This document shows, one piece after another, positions 11,791 to 30,381 of a stretch of DNA of 64,000 nt; position 1 is the stretch's first letter, and each line of letters begins with the position of its first letter. The stretch is from the human T2T-CHM13v2.0 reference genome, Homo sapiens: the NCBI RefSeq assembly GCF_009914755.1, contig NC_060926.1; one strand, 5' to 3'. Under the pieces are notes generated by a model. It worked only from the letters and a program-made list of their open reading frames with translations. It made no database searches and was not told the DNA's origin. The translations under genes and the position numbers were made by a program.

Positions 11791-14169
11791 AGTAGAGACT
11801 TTCTTTTGGGTAAAACATTTTACATACTAGGTTATTTTTAAAATACAGATTAGTTAGGGAATTTGACTAAGGCATTAACTCCATAATGCTTTAATGTGAG
11901 TTAATTCAACTCAAAATAACGAGAAAACTTGGAAGTACTGGGACACAAGGGGTAGGAGTGTCTGCAGACAGAGAACAGAAAGAGGCATGAGGAAGTTTAG
12001 CAACACCCAAACATGCTCCATGCTGTTTATAAGACACAAATACATGAACAAAACCAGGAAACACTCCCAAGGACAATTATTGTATTAATTTGGGCATTAA
12101 TCTCTCCCTTTCAGTTACATCTTTCTCTCCTCCATTGTACTGAATAGAAAGTTGAAGTAATCTTTTCTTCACGTTATATCCCTGAGGAGATTTCTAGCTG
12201 GCAAGGGCAGTAGACATAGAAGTAGCAGTAGTACTGATCTTTTGAAGCTTTGGCAAAAGCAATAGGAGGTGGGACGACCATAAGGGAAAAGTTGCATTTG
12301 GAAATCAAAGAACTTTAACCAATGTTCTCTACATCCTAAGAGGCTCAGTCTATAGGACTTCTCCAGGGGAAGGTGGTACTTCGGTGGAGGGAGTTGGCCT
12401 TAGCAGACCTTGGATTCGCAATTTTCTGGCAGCCTTTCCAGTATAAACCATATTGTGAAAAGCAAGCAGAAAAATATACTCATAAATACCAAATTTCCAA
12501 AACCCACTATGATTCCGAGGTTCTGCCTTTCTTCCAGAGTAATTGGAGGGTCTAAAAGAAAAAGATGATGGTATTTATATTCCCTCTGATTTCCTCTGAT
12601 TTTATTCCCTAGATTTTGCAGAGTTTTAGTTTTCTGTGTAGGATATTGGGCTGTGTAAAAAATAACATAATTCACAGCCTTCGGGGCTTCTAATGGGACT
12701 TCAAGATTCTTTAGTCCAGTGGTTTACCTGGCTAAAATCAGAATACTTCAAATGAAGATCATAGATTTGTATTTTACACAAGATCTTTAGGTGGTTTCGA
12801 TGATTGAAGAGCTTTGGAAATTACTGAGCTGGTCTTATTTCTCAGGTACTTGAATGGCCTGATTGGTAAGAAATCAGTATGCAATTATACCTTAATTTAC
12901 AGCACAGTAGAATGAATTTGTGTTTGGATTTGATCCTGTGTCTTGCAGGATTCTACTCCCCTCCTGTAATCCTTCTCTGAAAAGTACATTTATAAAATAA
13001 ATGATGGCTTGAAGTTTTTTGTTTTAAGTTTGATTCTATCCTCATCTCTGGGCTGCAGTCTGAATGGCTCAGAGTCCATTTGTTTTTCTTCCTTTAGTTG
13101 TCACTGAGCTTAAATTGTTTTTTGCCCATATAGAATATTTCTCTTCCTTAATGTTATGGATGAAGATGAACTACTCATTGAGCTGGCAGGAGTAAGAGTA
13201 GTAGGATTAGTTTGGTTTCAGAAATGATATATGGCTGCAGGATATAAAATCAACTGAGATTCGTATCCTGGAAGACTAGTTAGTCTGTCGTGACTGCTGT
13301 CATTATTTTTCAGTCCACAAATCTGCAGGCAAAGTGTCAAGGTCAGCTACAACTATTTTTGAATTCTCTGGTTTTGTTTTCAGTAAAATTGATTAATACT
13401 GCCTTCCAACATGTGTAGTATTGTTAAAGGAGGCAGAGATAATCAAATGGTCATGTGGAAGTATTTGAGGAGTCAGACTAAGATAGGTAAAGCTAACAAC
13501 TAATGAAAATATAATATAATTCCTTTTACCCAATTAACTTTGCAGATGCTCTGATACTTGGCCAAAATATGAAGTTAGTAAAAATATTTCTTCTTCCAGC
13601 TATTTTAACCTTTGCTTCATTTTCTTCCACACAGCTAAGGGCTGGAGAACTGGTTCCCTCCTTTTTAATAAGCATCTAATACTTTACATTAGCTCTCTTT
13701 TTTTCACTTGCAAGCAAAATCTAGCTTATCAGTCAATTGATTAATGGATGGTCATATCCCCTGGTACCAACTAGTTAGGCGAATATGGTTTTAGATAAGT
13801 GTTTTCTAACTTTATAATTGAGCCGATAGCATAAAGAGAATAGAGGACCCTCCTGGTATTGAGAAACTTTCAAAATTCAGAGTTGCACTGTTCTTTATCA
13901 AAAAGATCAGGCTATTTTGTTTGAACATCACTAAAATTCAGATGAATAATTTGTTTCTTCCTCAGAGCATAAGTTTCCTCTAGAATCATGATTGCAATAA
14001 TGCTATTCTCATTCTAATGCATTTGCATAAACATCACACCCCAAAGGTTAATGGTAATTGCAAAATGGGTAAACCTTTAAATAATTCAAGGCTTTCCGAT
14101 TCTAAAATTACAGCCTGATTATTTGCTAACATGTCCATTGCTCTTTAAAGCTTACAAAAGGCTGTAAAG

Positions 14170-14320
14170 TACATGATCTTATTTAAATTTCATCATAGGC
14201 CTTGGAGATGAGTTCTATTGTTCTCATTTTATAGATGAAGTAACTGCTCAGAGTTGAGGGCAGTAACTGAGGACCCCAACCCAGGTCTTCTGACTCCTAG
14301 TCTATTGATTTCTCCATTGC
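14170..14320 (-). mobile_element. MIR
   Basis: MIR core CTCATTTTATAGATGAAGTAACTG...AACCCAGGTCTTCTGACTCC. Confidence 0.7.
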
Positions 14321-14609
14321 ACAAATCTCTTCAATCACTCTGTTTGATGGTCTGTATTTTATAAAATGCAGTAAATATTGACAACATTGCAGTTGTTTAG
14401 GAACCTGGAGAATATAATTTACTGACAGTGAAGTAAATTCATGTGATATAGAAGAAAAAGCCCTAGACTATTTTTTTTAAAAAATGTGTAATACAATCTT
14501 AAGCCTATCTTTTACAAATCATATGACCTTGTGAAGGTTGTCTAAATTTCTATGTAATTTTTGTTTCTTTTTTTTTTTTTTTTGAAGAGATGGTGACAAC
14601 GTCTAATGG

Positions 14610-15150
14610 GCCACAGTTTCAGTTGCTAATGCTGTATAAAAAAACACCCCAAATTTAAAAGAAGAATAAGTTGTCATTTCTTATGACCTTTCTGTTAACA
14701 GTTCAAGTAAAGTTCAACAGAGAGGTTCTTCTGCCCCACTTGGCATTAGCTGGGGTCATTGGCTTGGCTGCATTTAACTAGCAGCTGCCTTGGGCTAGAA
14801 GGTTCAAGAGAGCGCCTTAACACATCTGGCACCTCAATACTGCTCCATGTGATCTCTACCTCTGTCTCTGTCTCTCTCTGTATAGTATCTCATCACCCAG
14901 TAATCTTTCCTGGTCTTCTTTTCCACAGAGAGTTGGCATCTAAGAGAGAGGTTGAGCAAGGTGATATATTTCTTAAAGGCCAGGGCTGGAACTGGCACAT
15001 CACTCTCTTCACATTCTATTGACCAAGCCAACTCTCCAGGCCAGCCCAGATTCAAGGGAAGGGAAAATAGATTTTATTTTGTGATGGGTGGAGCAGTAGG
15101 CACATAGAGGGAAGGAAAAGATTAATGGCACTCACCCTTGGAAACTATAC
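14610..15150 (-). mobile_element. Old MLT1 (J/K-like) LTR
   Basis: Antisense MLT1 motifs GGAACTGGCACATCACTCTCTTCACATTCTATTGACCAAG...GGCCAGCCCAGATTCAAGGG. Confidence 0.65.
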
Positions 15151-15219
15151 TATGGTCAGCCTTAGGTAGCTATTTGATTACTCAGTAAGAGACTGAAAGT
15201 TCTATTTTTCAAAACAAAT

Positions 15220-15660
15220 CATTATTAGATGCATTCTGTAGCCAAGAACTGTTCTATGCCATGGGTGTATAGTCGGAAAAAAGAACAGATGCTTTTTTAT
15301 ACCTCATGGTAGTAGAAAAGGCAGATATCAACTAAATGAATATATAGATAAGCACTGAATTACAAATGTGGGTAAGAGCTATCAAGGAAAGCTGTAGAGT
15401 GCTATAGCACAATAGCCTAACTTGGATTAATGGGCCAGGAAAAGCATCTGATCAGGTGATGTTTGTGTTGAGAGCTGCAGTCTGAGTTGAAGTCAGCTAT
15501 GTGAACAGGAAAGACAAGAACACTCCAGACAGCAGCCACAGCATGTGTGATGACCCTGAGCTGTGTTGTAAAGATGGAAAAGTCATGGTGACCAGAGCAT
15601 AAGGATCCAGCAAGTGTGGACCTAGAAAGGCAGGTGGTCATGCCATTGTTAATATTAGAT
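15220..15660 (-). mobile_element. L2 relic
   Basis: Degenerate antisense L2 3' region (GCCAAGAACTGTTCTA; GGCCAGGAAAAGCATCTGATCAGGTGATGTTTG). Confidence 0.6.
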
Positions 15661-16589
15661 GAATTTTTTCTATTTCATCCAGATGTTTAAAGACAGTACA
15701 GAAAAAGATTATATCCATGAAACAATATTATAAAGTGATTGTGTGAGGCTTATAGTGTATGAACACTCAAAGAGCTTCTACAGTTTCCTTGTTTTTTGTT
15801 AAATATGTTCCCACAGTCACTGACAGGTGTGTGTAGGCAGAAAAGGAAAGGGAGGAAAACATTTTTTCAAAGGTAGAAATTCAGAAACTTATTTACTAAA
15901 AATGCTCATTTTCCCTTCTTGAGCATCTATAATTTTTGATGTTATTACTTTTGCATTTTCTACATCATTAAATGCATCTGTGATTTTCCCTGCTTGTTCA
16001 ATCTGTTCCAGGCCTACACACACAAAATCACATTAACTAATATTGTAATGGAGTTGACAAAGTCCTCATAAAAATGAGTACGTCTTAAATTTTAATTATG
16101 AATGCAGAACAAATAATATGTTCCAAATTTATTTATTATTTTTCAAAAAAAAAGAAATCTCAAAACTAAATGATAAATTCAAAGCCAGAGAGAAGAGGCC
16201 TAACTCATTGCAGGTCTTGGATATCTCCGCTTAGTACAGAAAGAATAAACTGAAAAAGAAATACTGCCTCCTGATTGATAGAGGGAAATGATCTGCTAGA
16301 CAGTAATTCACATCAATTTACCACTTGTTCACTGCATATTTATTGTGTGCCTAGCCCCATGCAGAGTATTTGCTGAGGATAAAAAGAAATATATAATGCT
16401 GTGGAACTCACAGTTTTGCTAAATGGACAGCAGCCGTGTAATCGAGAAGGCAAAATGGAAAAATAATGTACCGTAAAGAATATAAAATCTAGTTATATTG
16501 ACAAAAATGTTCTTCAAAATTTAGAAGACAGCCCCTCATATGCAAAGACAAAAAAGAATTATTGAATTTGTTTAGGTCTGAAAAGTAGC

Positions 16590-17030
16590 CGCTGGAATTA
16601 GACACCAGGATGTCATATCTTTGTTGCCTTCCCAGGATTCAATTCCTTTTTCCTCCTTCCGCCTGTAGCTAGGAGTACATAACCTACAGTAACCAGTCTA
16701 TGCCTTATATCTACATGGCTCAGTGATCAGGTGAGGTAGGATGTGTGATTGGAGGGAATCTCAACAGTTGTGCTGGGAATGCAGGTATAGACCTTGTCAT
16801 CTACTGGCTATGAACAAAGGATGGATGTCAGCCAAGAATTGCTGACCACCACAAGGGGAACATGTGGAGATAGCTGCCTGAGAATGGACTCTATACTAAG
16901 CAACTGTTGAGATGAGATTTGATATATAAGAAAATTGTTGCCTGAAGGTACAACTGTTTTTAGTTATTTTATTTATTTTTATTTTACCTTTGGCAGCACA
17001 AAGTAATCGAATTGAGAAGAAGGCTACCAC
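16590..17030 (+). mobile_element. Old MLT1 (K/L-like) LTR relic
   Basis: Degenerate MLT1 motifs (GATAGCTGCCTGAGAATGG; TGCCTGAAG). Confidence 0.45.
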
Positions 17031-17172
17031 TTATGTGTTCTGTATTTGTGTACTTCTTGGACAATTCATGTTGCTTAATCAATACCTGCTTTCAATTACA
17101 CTGTGTAGGAAGGATGGTCAAATAACCCTTAAGATTCTTATCTTGAAACTCTATGGCACTTATTTCTTTCCA

Positions 17173-17474
17173 TTTTTTTTTTTTTTTTTTTTGAGATGAA
17201 GTCTCACTCTGTCTCTCAGGCTGAAGTGCAATAGCATGAGCTCGGCTCACTGCAACCTCCACCTCCTGGGCTGAAGCGATTCTCCTACTTTAGCCTCCTG
17301 AGTAGCTGGGATTACAGGTGTGCACCACCACACCTAGCTAATTTTTGTATTTTTAGTAGAGACAGGGTTTCGCCGTGTTGGCCAGGCTGGTCTCAAACTC
17401 CTGACCTCAGATGATCTGCCTGCCTCAGTCTCCCTAAGTGCTGGGATTACAGGTGTGAGCCACCATGCCCAGCC
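17173..17474 (-). mobile_element. Alu (AluSx-like)
   Basis: Full antisense dimer; degenerate TSD TATGGCACTTATTTCT/TATGGTGCTAATTTCT. Confidence 0.95.
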
Positions 17475-19858
17475 TATGGTGCTAATTTCTTACAAGAGTC
17501 ACTTCCAGTACCAGATCTAACCAATTTTTCCAAGTTGAAACCAGTAGTCATAAATCAATTACATTAGCTGGTATGGAGAGTTTGGGCCAAAATAAAAAAG
17601 AATAAAAATAAGAAAGAAAACTCAATTCCTGGCCACATATTTAAGAATATTAATGATGCCCAATACCGTTATTCAGTGCTAAAAAACTAATTTATAATCA
17701 TAAGTAATCCATATTTTATTAGCATATGTTGAAACTATTTTTTTATTTCATACTGGACTGTACATTGTCTAAAACAGACTTCATGTCATATTCAACTATG
17801 TACTGTCAGAGCCTAGCATGGTACCTGGGTTTCTGGTAAAAAAGACTACATGGTTCCTCAATGTGTCAAGAATGAAAGAGAGTTGGATGCCAATACCCTA
17901 TGTTAGCTTCAATAAAAAAATCACAAGTACAGTAGAAGAATGAGATAAGTGTGTGATTGCAAAGATGTCTTTGTCTTAGCAACAAGAGATAAAATGCTAA
18001 AACAGATAACAGAAATAAGTTAGGCCACTCTAGGAGGACAATTTTGAAAACTGTTAAGCCTCCACGGTATTTGGTATTCAACAATGTGTAAGAATACTAG
18101 CTTCGTTGCTCCTGAATTTTTAATGTTCTTCCTTAATTAGTTCTTTTTTCATACCTTCCCTAGAAGGCAAGCTCATATTATTAATAGTAACCCACAATAT
18201 ACAAACAAGATGATCTGTATAAACTAACAAAGGCAAATGTAGCCTGGAAGGTGCTTACTCTGAAGAGTGTTGCATTGAAGTACATTTTTTTAAATGAATT
18301 TCTAAAAATAATTCAATTGCCACATTTATCATTTGCAATGATATTGATTCTTATCTTGTTGTAGTACTTCATAGTTTACAAAGCACTGTAGATACTACTA
18401 AAGATCATCCTAAAGAAATACCTCAATTCATAACCTCTGTGAATACAGGCATATGTTGTTGCAGTCAGGGATTGTGAAAAGGTAGGCTTGTTCTAGATAA
18501 ATAAGAACTACTTGCTAGGTGTGTTGACTCAGAAGCAAAGAAAATAACTGAGTTGGCTGAATGTGACAAATTATTGGGATAAAATGATGATTTTATCACT
18601 GATGATTCCTGCTTCATGAAGTTAAACCATCAACATGCTCGGCTCCCTATAAACCCCACTGATAAGCTAAGTTTTAGTGGCTACACAAATATGCCCTTAA
18701 AGTGAATGGGAAAGTTACTTTCTAGGAGTCAAACCATGAAATAATAAGCTCAGAATTAAAAAAAAATGAAATTAAAAGTATCCCTGTGTCCAGGAGACAT
18801 GGAACATACCCAAGCCCAATTAATGTGACCAGGATGTAATGCAAACTGAAAGCCATTAAAGTAAATGGTAACCTAATCAATACTGTGTAATCCTTCTCTT
18901 TCTTCATTTATTCAAGTTTTTAAGGATCAAAAATTTAAGTGACAGCCATCACAATGTTAGAGGCTGGAGATAACAAAGATAATTCAGACATGACCTAGGC
19001 TTCCAGGATTGACAACACAGCAAGATATACATGTGTGCAAACATATAATAACAATACCATGTGGAAAACAATATAATAAGGTCATTTATAAAATGTAACA
19101 TAGAAAAGGAAATTCTCTTTGAAACCAAGAGCAGTTAAGAAGGGACTTACAGTGGAGGTTTTATATGAGCTGGTTCTTCAAGATTGAGTGTTGTGGGGAT
19201 CTCTAGTGAAAGTCCCAAAATAATGCTCAGGGATACTGAGAATGCCTTATAATAGAAATTTGTATACATCACTAATTTTAATATGAAGAATAATTTAGAG
19301 CGGTCACTGTTGTCTAAGCGTGTGGGATTTTCAGGCTGGAGGTTTAAGAGGTGTTGATTAGGTAGGAGAAAAATATGCATAATCAAAAGTGACCTTAGAA
19401 AAGAGAATTCTGATTTAGATATGAGGGATGGTTGGGTACACAGAGACAGGTGGCATAAGATTAAGTTTAAAGAACTAGAAAAAAGAATGTTGCCATGGCA
19501 AAGATTTAGGCATCATTTAAATCTAAAGTGTTATTTTTGCACAATGTAAATGAAATACAGCAGGTGTACTAGAACTATCATTAATTAGGGAACATTCAGT
19601 GTTTGCAAAGGGGCAAAAGATATAGATGCTAATATGCTGGGAACTGTATAATTTACTATTACATTTCATGAGTTGATATTTAGGGAACTCTTTGATGTAC
19701 AGAGGTATATAAGATATTAATATTGTTCCCTCCCCAACTTTATTACATTAAAGACCTTGGCAGTCTTTCAAAATCAGTGTTTGGCAGATTGATATACAGC
19801 AATCATTAGTCTCTTCCAGGGCAAAAATTGGGAAAAGGTTATTTTAAGAAGACATATA

Positions 19859-20224
<366 letters not shown>

Positions 20225-21249
20225 TCAGTTGAATATGTAATCTGAAGGAGGAAATATTGTCTAGTACTTTGGGATGTAGAAGAAAATGCGTGAGGCAAAG
20301 ATAGAACCGAGGTGAGACATGCAGGTTATAAAGAGAGCAGATGGTGCATGAAGAACTGGTTCTGCCATCTCTGTGGAGGGCTGATTTAAGAAGAGAGTTG
20401 GTTCCAGGAAAAAAGACCTTAATGAAGCAAATATTTGTGTACAGTTTTAGAACCATTTCTAGTTTAAGGATGTAGGCAGATGTTGAGGCACCCAGAAATT
20501 AGACTTTATTGTCCATAGGAAAGATAAAGGAAAGGAAATAATAATACAGGATCCTGATGAGAGATAACACCATGTAGGAGGAGCCTGTGGCAGGAGCAGT
20601 GGTGGTGGTAAGTTTACATCAAAGTGAGGAAGGAGCAGGGGTGACATTCCCCAACGTTTCTTTCCTCCCATACTCCAGTTTCGGCTAGTACTTCCCATTG
20701 ACTGAGTCCTATTTGAAACTAACCAGAAGCACTCACCAGGTGATTCAGTCCATAGGGATCAGCCTTCTAGGGCACAGAACATGATGATAACACTATGAAG
20801 GAAGAGCAACAGTGACAAACAGAAATTAAAAGACACAGCACACTGGCAACAATAATTCATTGGCTTTTCCACAGATTAAGCAATATGCTATGCAACATCT
20901 TTTAATTCCTAGTGTTCTGTTTAATTTTTTTTCAAGAATGAGTGTTTTCATGATTCCCTTGACTTTCTGTGTTTCTTGATGGCCAGAGATAAGGGTCTTA
21001 GTTAGACAATCCAACTATTTTGGACATAAGCATAACATATTGCCTGTTGTCAATAAATATATTTATCGCTGTCTCATCTATAGGTTTTTTTCTAAGATTT
21101 GTGAGCAAAAATTATTCTTCAAAAACACAGCCATCTTTGGGTACTGCTTTCAAACTAAAAAGACCTGGTCCTTGGGCAAGGTAGGTCTACCAAATTCATA
21201 AACTCCTGTAAATACCTTGTTAAAGTATAATTCTCAAAAATGTAAAACC

Positions 21250-22861
21250 GTCCAAATTGGAAAAGAGGGTATCAATTGTCTCTTTCTACAGACAGCATGA
21301 CCTTACATTTAGAAAAACCAAAAGACTTCACCAAAGAACTGTTAGAACTGGTAAATAAATTCAGTAGTTGTAGGATACAACGTCAATGTATACAAATCAG
21401 TAGCATTTCTATAGACCAATAATGAAATAGTCAAAAAAGAATTCAAAGTGACAATTACATTTAGAATAGCTACAAAAAAAATGACTAGGAATACATTTAA
21501 CCATGAAGGTAAAAGACTTCTACGAGGAAAACTATAAGACATTGATGAAAGAAATTCAAGAGGTCACAAATGCAAAGACATCCCATGCTCAGGGGTTGGA
21601 ATAATTAATATTGTTAGATGAACATGCCAATCAAAGCAATCTACAGATTCAATTCAATCCCTATCAAAATACCAACACTATTTTTCACATAAATAGAAAA
21701 AAACAATTCTAACACTCATATGGAACTGAAAAGGAGCCCAAATAGCCAAAGAAGTACTGAGTAAAAAGAACAAAGCTGGAGACATCATACTATCTGACTT
21801 CAAAATATACTACAAGTCTGTACTAACCAAACAGCAAGGTATTGGTATAAAAATAAACACATAGATCAATAAAACAAAACAGAGAACCAAGAAATAAATT
21901 TGCAAATGTACAGCCGCATATTTGATCTTTGACAAAGCAATCAAGAACATACATTTGGGAGAGGAAATCCTCTTCAATAAATGGTACTGAGAAAATTGGA
22001 TAACCACATGTAGAAGAATGAAACCGGACCCCAGTCTCTCACCAAATGCAAACATCAACCCAGAATGGATTAATGACTTACAGACAAGACCTGAATCTAT
22101 AAAACTGTTAGAATAAAACATAGGGAAAACTCATCAAGACATTGGTCTAGGCAAATACTTTATGGCTAAGACCTCAAAATCACAGGCAACAAAAACAAAA
22201 ATAAACAAACTGGGACTATAATGAACTAAAAAGCCCCTGAACAGTAAAAGAAACAATCAATAGATTTAAGAGACAACTTGCTGAATGGAAGGAAATATTT
22301 GCAAATGATTCATCTAACAAGGGACAAACATCCAGAATACTCAAGGAACTCAACTTAAGAGTTAAAAAAAAACCCACAAATAATCCTATTAAAAATAGGA
22401 CAAAGGATATGAATAGACGTTTCTCAAAAGATGACATACAAATGCCCAACAGGTGTATAAAAAGGTTCAACATCGCTAATTATAATTTTGGTTTAATGCG
22501 AATCAAAAACACAATGAAATATTATCTTACCCCAGTTAGAATTCCTATTGAAAAAAGACAACAGAAAAACAGATATTGGTGAGAACGCAAAGAAAAGGGA
22601 ACTCTAATAAACTGTTGATGAGAATGTAAATTAGTATAGCCACCATAAAAAACAGTACGGTAATTTTTCAAGAAACTGAAATCCAATAATCCCACTACTC
22701 CACTACTAGGTATTTATCCAAAGGAAAAGAAATCAGTATATCAAAAGGATTCCTGCACTTGGGTGATTATTGCAGCACTATTTATAATAACAAAGATATA
22801 TATCAACTTAGGTGCCCATCAGTGGATGAGTAGACAAAGAAAATGTAGTTTACCTAATTGA
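21250..22861 (+). mobile_element. L1MA4-like LINE-1, ORF2 3' half (5' segment of interrupted element)
   Basis: Degenerate ORF2 C-terminal sequence; resumes at 26857 after the nested L1PA. Confidence 0.85.
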
Positions 22862-22865
22862 CCTA

Positions 22866-26830
<3,965 letters not shown>

Positions 26831-26856
26831 AAAGAAAATGTAGTTTACCTAATTGA

Positions 26857-27350
26857 TGGAATATTATGCAGCCATAAAAGAGGAAATTGTGTCATTTGCA
26901 ACAACATGGACCGAATTGGAGGTCATTATGTTAAGTGAAACAACCCAGGCACAAAAAGACAAATATCACATGTTCTTATTCATATGTGGGAGCTTAAAAA
27001 GTTGATCACATGGAGGTAGGGAGTGAAATGATTGATACCCAAGTGAAGGGAGTATGTGAGAGTTGCAGGGCTAGGGGGAATGAATAGAGGTTGGTTAATG
27101 GGTATAAACATAGAAGAGATAGAATAAATAAGTTCTCACGTTTGATAGCAAACTATAGTTGACGATATTTCCAAATAGGTGGAAGACAGGACTTGAAATG
27201 TATCTAACATATAGAAATGGTAAATACTCAGGTGAAGAACACCTTAAATACCCTGACTTGATCATTACACAATTAATGCATGTACAGAATTTCACATGTA
27301 CCCCACAAATATGTGCAAATATAATATATCCAAAAAACAAGTAAAAGTAA
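26857..27350 (+). mobile_element. L1MA4-like 3' end (continuation of the 21250-22861 element)
   Basis: AAATACCCTGACTTGATCATTACACA...TTTCACATGTACCCCACAAATATGT is an L1MA4-type terminus. Confidence 0.85.
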
Positions 27351-28449
27351 AATCAAGACTCATAATGAACTCATGAAATTAATGACGTAACAAGTAAGAT
27401 GTTTAAGCCAATTGAAATGAGAATTGAGGAACTTGGTTTCATAGGCAACTAATTAAGAAATGTTAGGAAAAGACAGTTGCATTTAAGAAAATGGTTAGAA
27501 GTTCTTGAGAGTAGCAGACTGCCACATTTAAGGCTTTGTTTTTCAGCAGACAAAAATTATTGGCAACTTTACTGACTAGAAGTTACAAGTTAACCTCAGA
27601 CTTACAGAGTTTTAAAATAAGGCTGTCAAAAGAAGGCCAATCGAACAGGCAAACACCACAGCACTGAAAGAACACCTGATAATTTCCATTGCCTATTTCC
27701 AAGTTTCAGATATGTTTTTTTTTTTTCTGAAACTTGGAGTCAATTTAAGAACCCACCAAGCTTCCTGCTCAGATTTCTCTACTTTTAGAAATCTTTTTAG
27801 GAGCACCAAATCATCACAGTCACAGAGGAATTCTGGTTTGCCTGAATATAGGAAGTTCCAGATTACTTTCTGAAGAAAATGACTAAAGAAAGACAAAGAA
27901 AAATAACTTTATTATCTTTTTTATGGTAATTTTTTTGTTTTTGTATATACATATATATATACACACACACACACAAAATGCATAGATATAAAAATAGATA
28001 ATATTAAATATTTTCCTGTTTTATATAGGAAATATATATGTGTTTGAAATATATATATTAGGCAATATTTTCCCATTAAACTCGTCTGACCTTTATTTAT
28101 ACACCTGATTTGTCATTTCTCCAACCTGGAGAATAGAGACTTTCAAGAACGTCAAAATCTTTTGTTTGGATGCTTACCAGGGCAATATACATGGTTGTTA
28201 CATGTAGTGATGTAGTCTTTATTATTAATTAAATTTGTTAAATTTTGCTTCCTTAGAAGCCTGGATATCTTGTTACCTGGAGCATTCTGTAATTCATCCT
28301 CTGATTCTTTTGGCCCTCATGTGAACCAGATAAGCGTCAATTTGGGTCTCCAGACATTTGACAGACTAGTCAGTATTTCTGGTTTGAATGTCTGCGTCTG
28401 TTCTTTCTTGTTGTTTTCTACACACATTCAGTACCTATATATAGTTCAG

Positions 28450-28677
28450 CTGAGTAGCATGCTAAAATCTCACACCTTTCTTCCAACTGGGATGTGAATC
28501 ATCCCTTTGTCCAACATATTCACGATATATAAATGATCTGCCCGTTAACCACTTAGTGGCTACCTCCTTTATCAAATCAAAAAAACATAGTGTTTATAGA
28601 ATTTGTATCATGTGCACATTTCAGGCATTCACTGGGGGTCTTGGAATGTATCCCCTGTGGATAAGGTGGGACTATTG
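28450..28677 (+). mobile_element. MER44A-like Tigger MITE, 3' part
   Basis: GGGATGTGAATCATCCCTTTGTCCA...CACTGGGGGTCTTGGAATGTATCCCCTGTGGATAAGGTGGGACTATTG (right TIR). Confidence 0.8.
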
Positions 28678-30381
28678 TTCTTGTTTGGGCCAGACAGTAA
28701 TGTTTTCTGGCTATGAAGACAGACTCCGTAAAGGTAATCATGAGGAAGAGTGGACCATGGGAAGATTAGAGGCCACTATTATTCTAAAACTGGATCCTTC
28801 AACATCCACCTTCAAGTATAACTTCTTTTTTTCAGAAAATACTTTCCATCCTGACCCTATAACATTACTGCACAAGATCTGGTATTCAGTTTGAAAGCAC
28901 AAGTGTTGTATCTCTTATTATGCCTTAAAGCATAATAGATGTTGCTCATCTTCTTCTTTTCATTTGTCCTCATCTCTAAAAATCTTAAAATATTTAGGGA
29001 GGGGCCAAGATGGCCAAGTAGAAACAGCTGTGGTCTGCAGCTCCCAGCGAGACCAACGCAGAAGGTGGGTGATTTCTGCATTTCCAGCTGAGGTGCCCAT
29101 TTCGTCTAATTGGGTACCCAGTTCATCTAATTGGGACTGGTTAGGCAGTGGGTGCAACCCACTGAGAGCAAGCAGAAGTAGGATGAGTCTTCGCTTCACC
29201 TGGGAAGTGCGAGGAGCCAAGGGACCTCCCTCCCCCAGCCAAGGGAAGCAGTGAGGGACTGTGCTACCTGCCATAGGTACTACACTTTTCCCACAGATTT
29301 TTGCAATCTGTGGATCAAGAGATTCCCTCATGAGCCTACAACACCAGGGCCCTGGGTTTCAAGCACAAAACTGGGCAGCTGTTTGGGCAGGCACCGAGTT
29401 GCAGGTGGTGTTTTTTTTTTTTGTTTTTGTTTGTTTGTTTGTTTGTACTCCAGTGGTGCTTGGAACTCCAGTGATACAGGAAAACCGTCCACTCCCCTGG
29501 AAAGGGGGCTGAAGCCAGAGAGACAAGTGGTCTTGCTGAGGGGTCCCACTCCAAAGGAGCCTAGCAAGCTAAAAACCACTGGCTTGAAATTCTCACTGCC
29601 AGCACAGCACTCTGGAGTCTACCTGGGAAGATCCAGCTTGGTGGGGGGAGGGGAGATCAGCATTACTGAGCCTTTAGTAGGCAGTTTTCCCCTGACTGTG
29701 CTAAGGAGACAGGGAGGTCTGGACTGGGCAGAATTCACCACAGCACACCAAAGCTGCTATGGCCAGACTGCTTCTTTAGATTCCTCTTCACTGGGCAGGG
29801 CATCTCTGCAGGAAATGCAGCAGCTCCAATCAGGGACTCATAGACAAAACTCTCATCTCCCTGGGACAGAGCATCTGGGGAAGGTTGTCTGCAGGGGCAA
29901 CTTAAGCAGACTTAATATTTTCTGCCTGCTGGCTCTGAAGAGAGTGACTAATCCTGACAAGGGGAATTCTCCCAACACAGCACATCAGCTTGTTAAGGGA
30001 GAGACTGCCTCCTCAAGTGGGTCCCTTACCCCCTTGCCTCCTGACTGGGAGAGACCTCCTAACAGGGGTCGACAGACACCTCATACAGGAGAGTTCTGGT
30101 TGGCATCAGGCTGGTGTCCCTCTGGATGAAGCTTCCAGAGGAAGGAGCAGGCCACAATATTTGCTGTTCTGCAGCCTTCACTGGTGATACCCAGGCAAAC
30201 ATGGTCTGGAGTGGACCTCCAGCAAATGGCAGCAGACCTGCAGAAGAAGGGCCTAACTGTTAAAAGGAAAACTAACAAACAGAAAGCAACAACAACAGCA
30301 TCAACAAAAAAGATCCCCACCACAAAAACTTCATCCAAAGGTCATCAGCCTCAAAGGTCAAAGGCAGATAAATCCATGAAG

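Noticed and set aside
28960-29663. Intact L1 ORF0
   Set aside because: The equivalent ATG is followed by an early stop; the remaining antisense frames are only partly similar and discontinuous.
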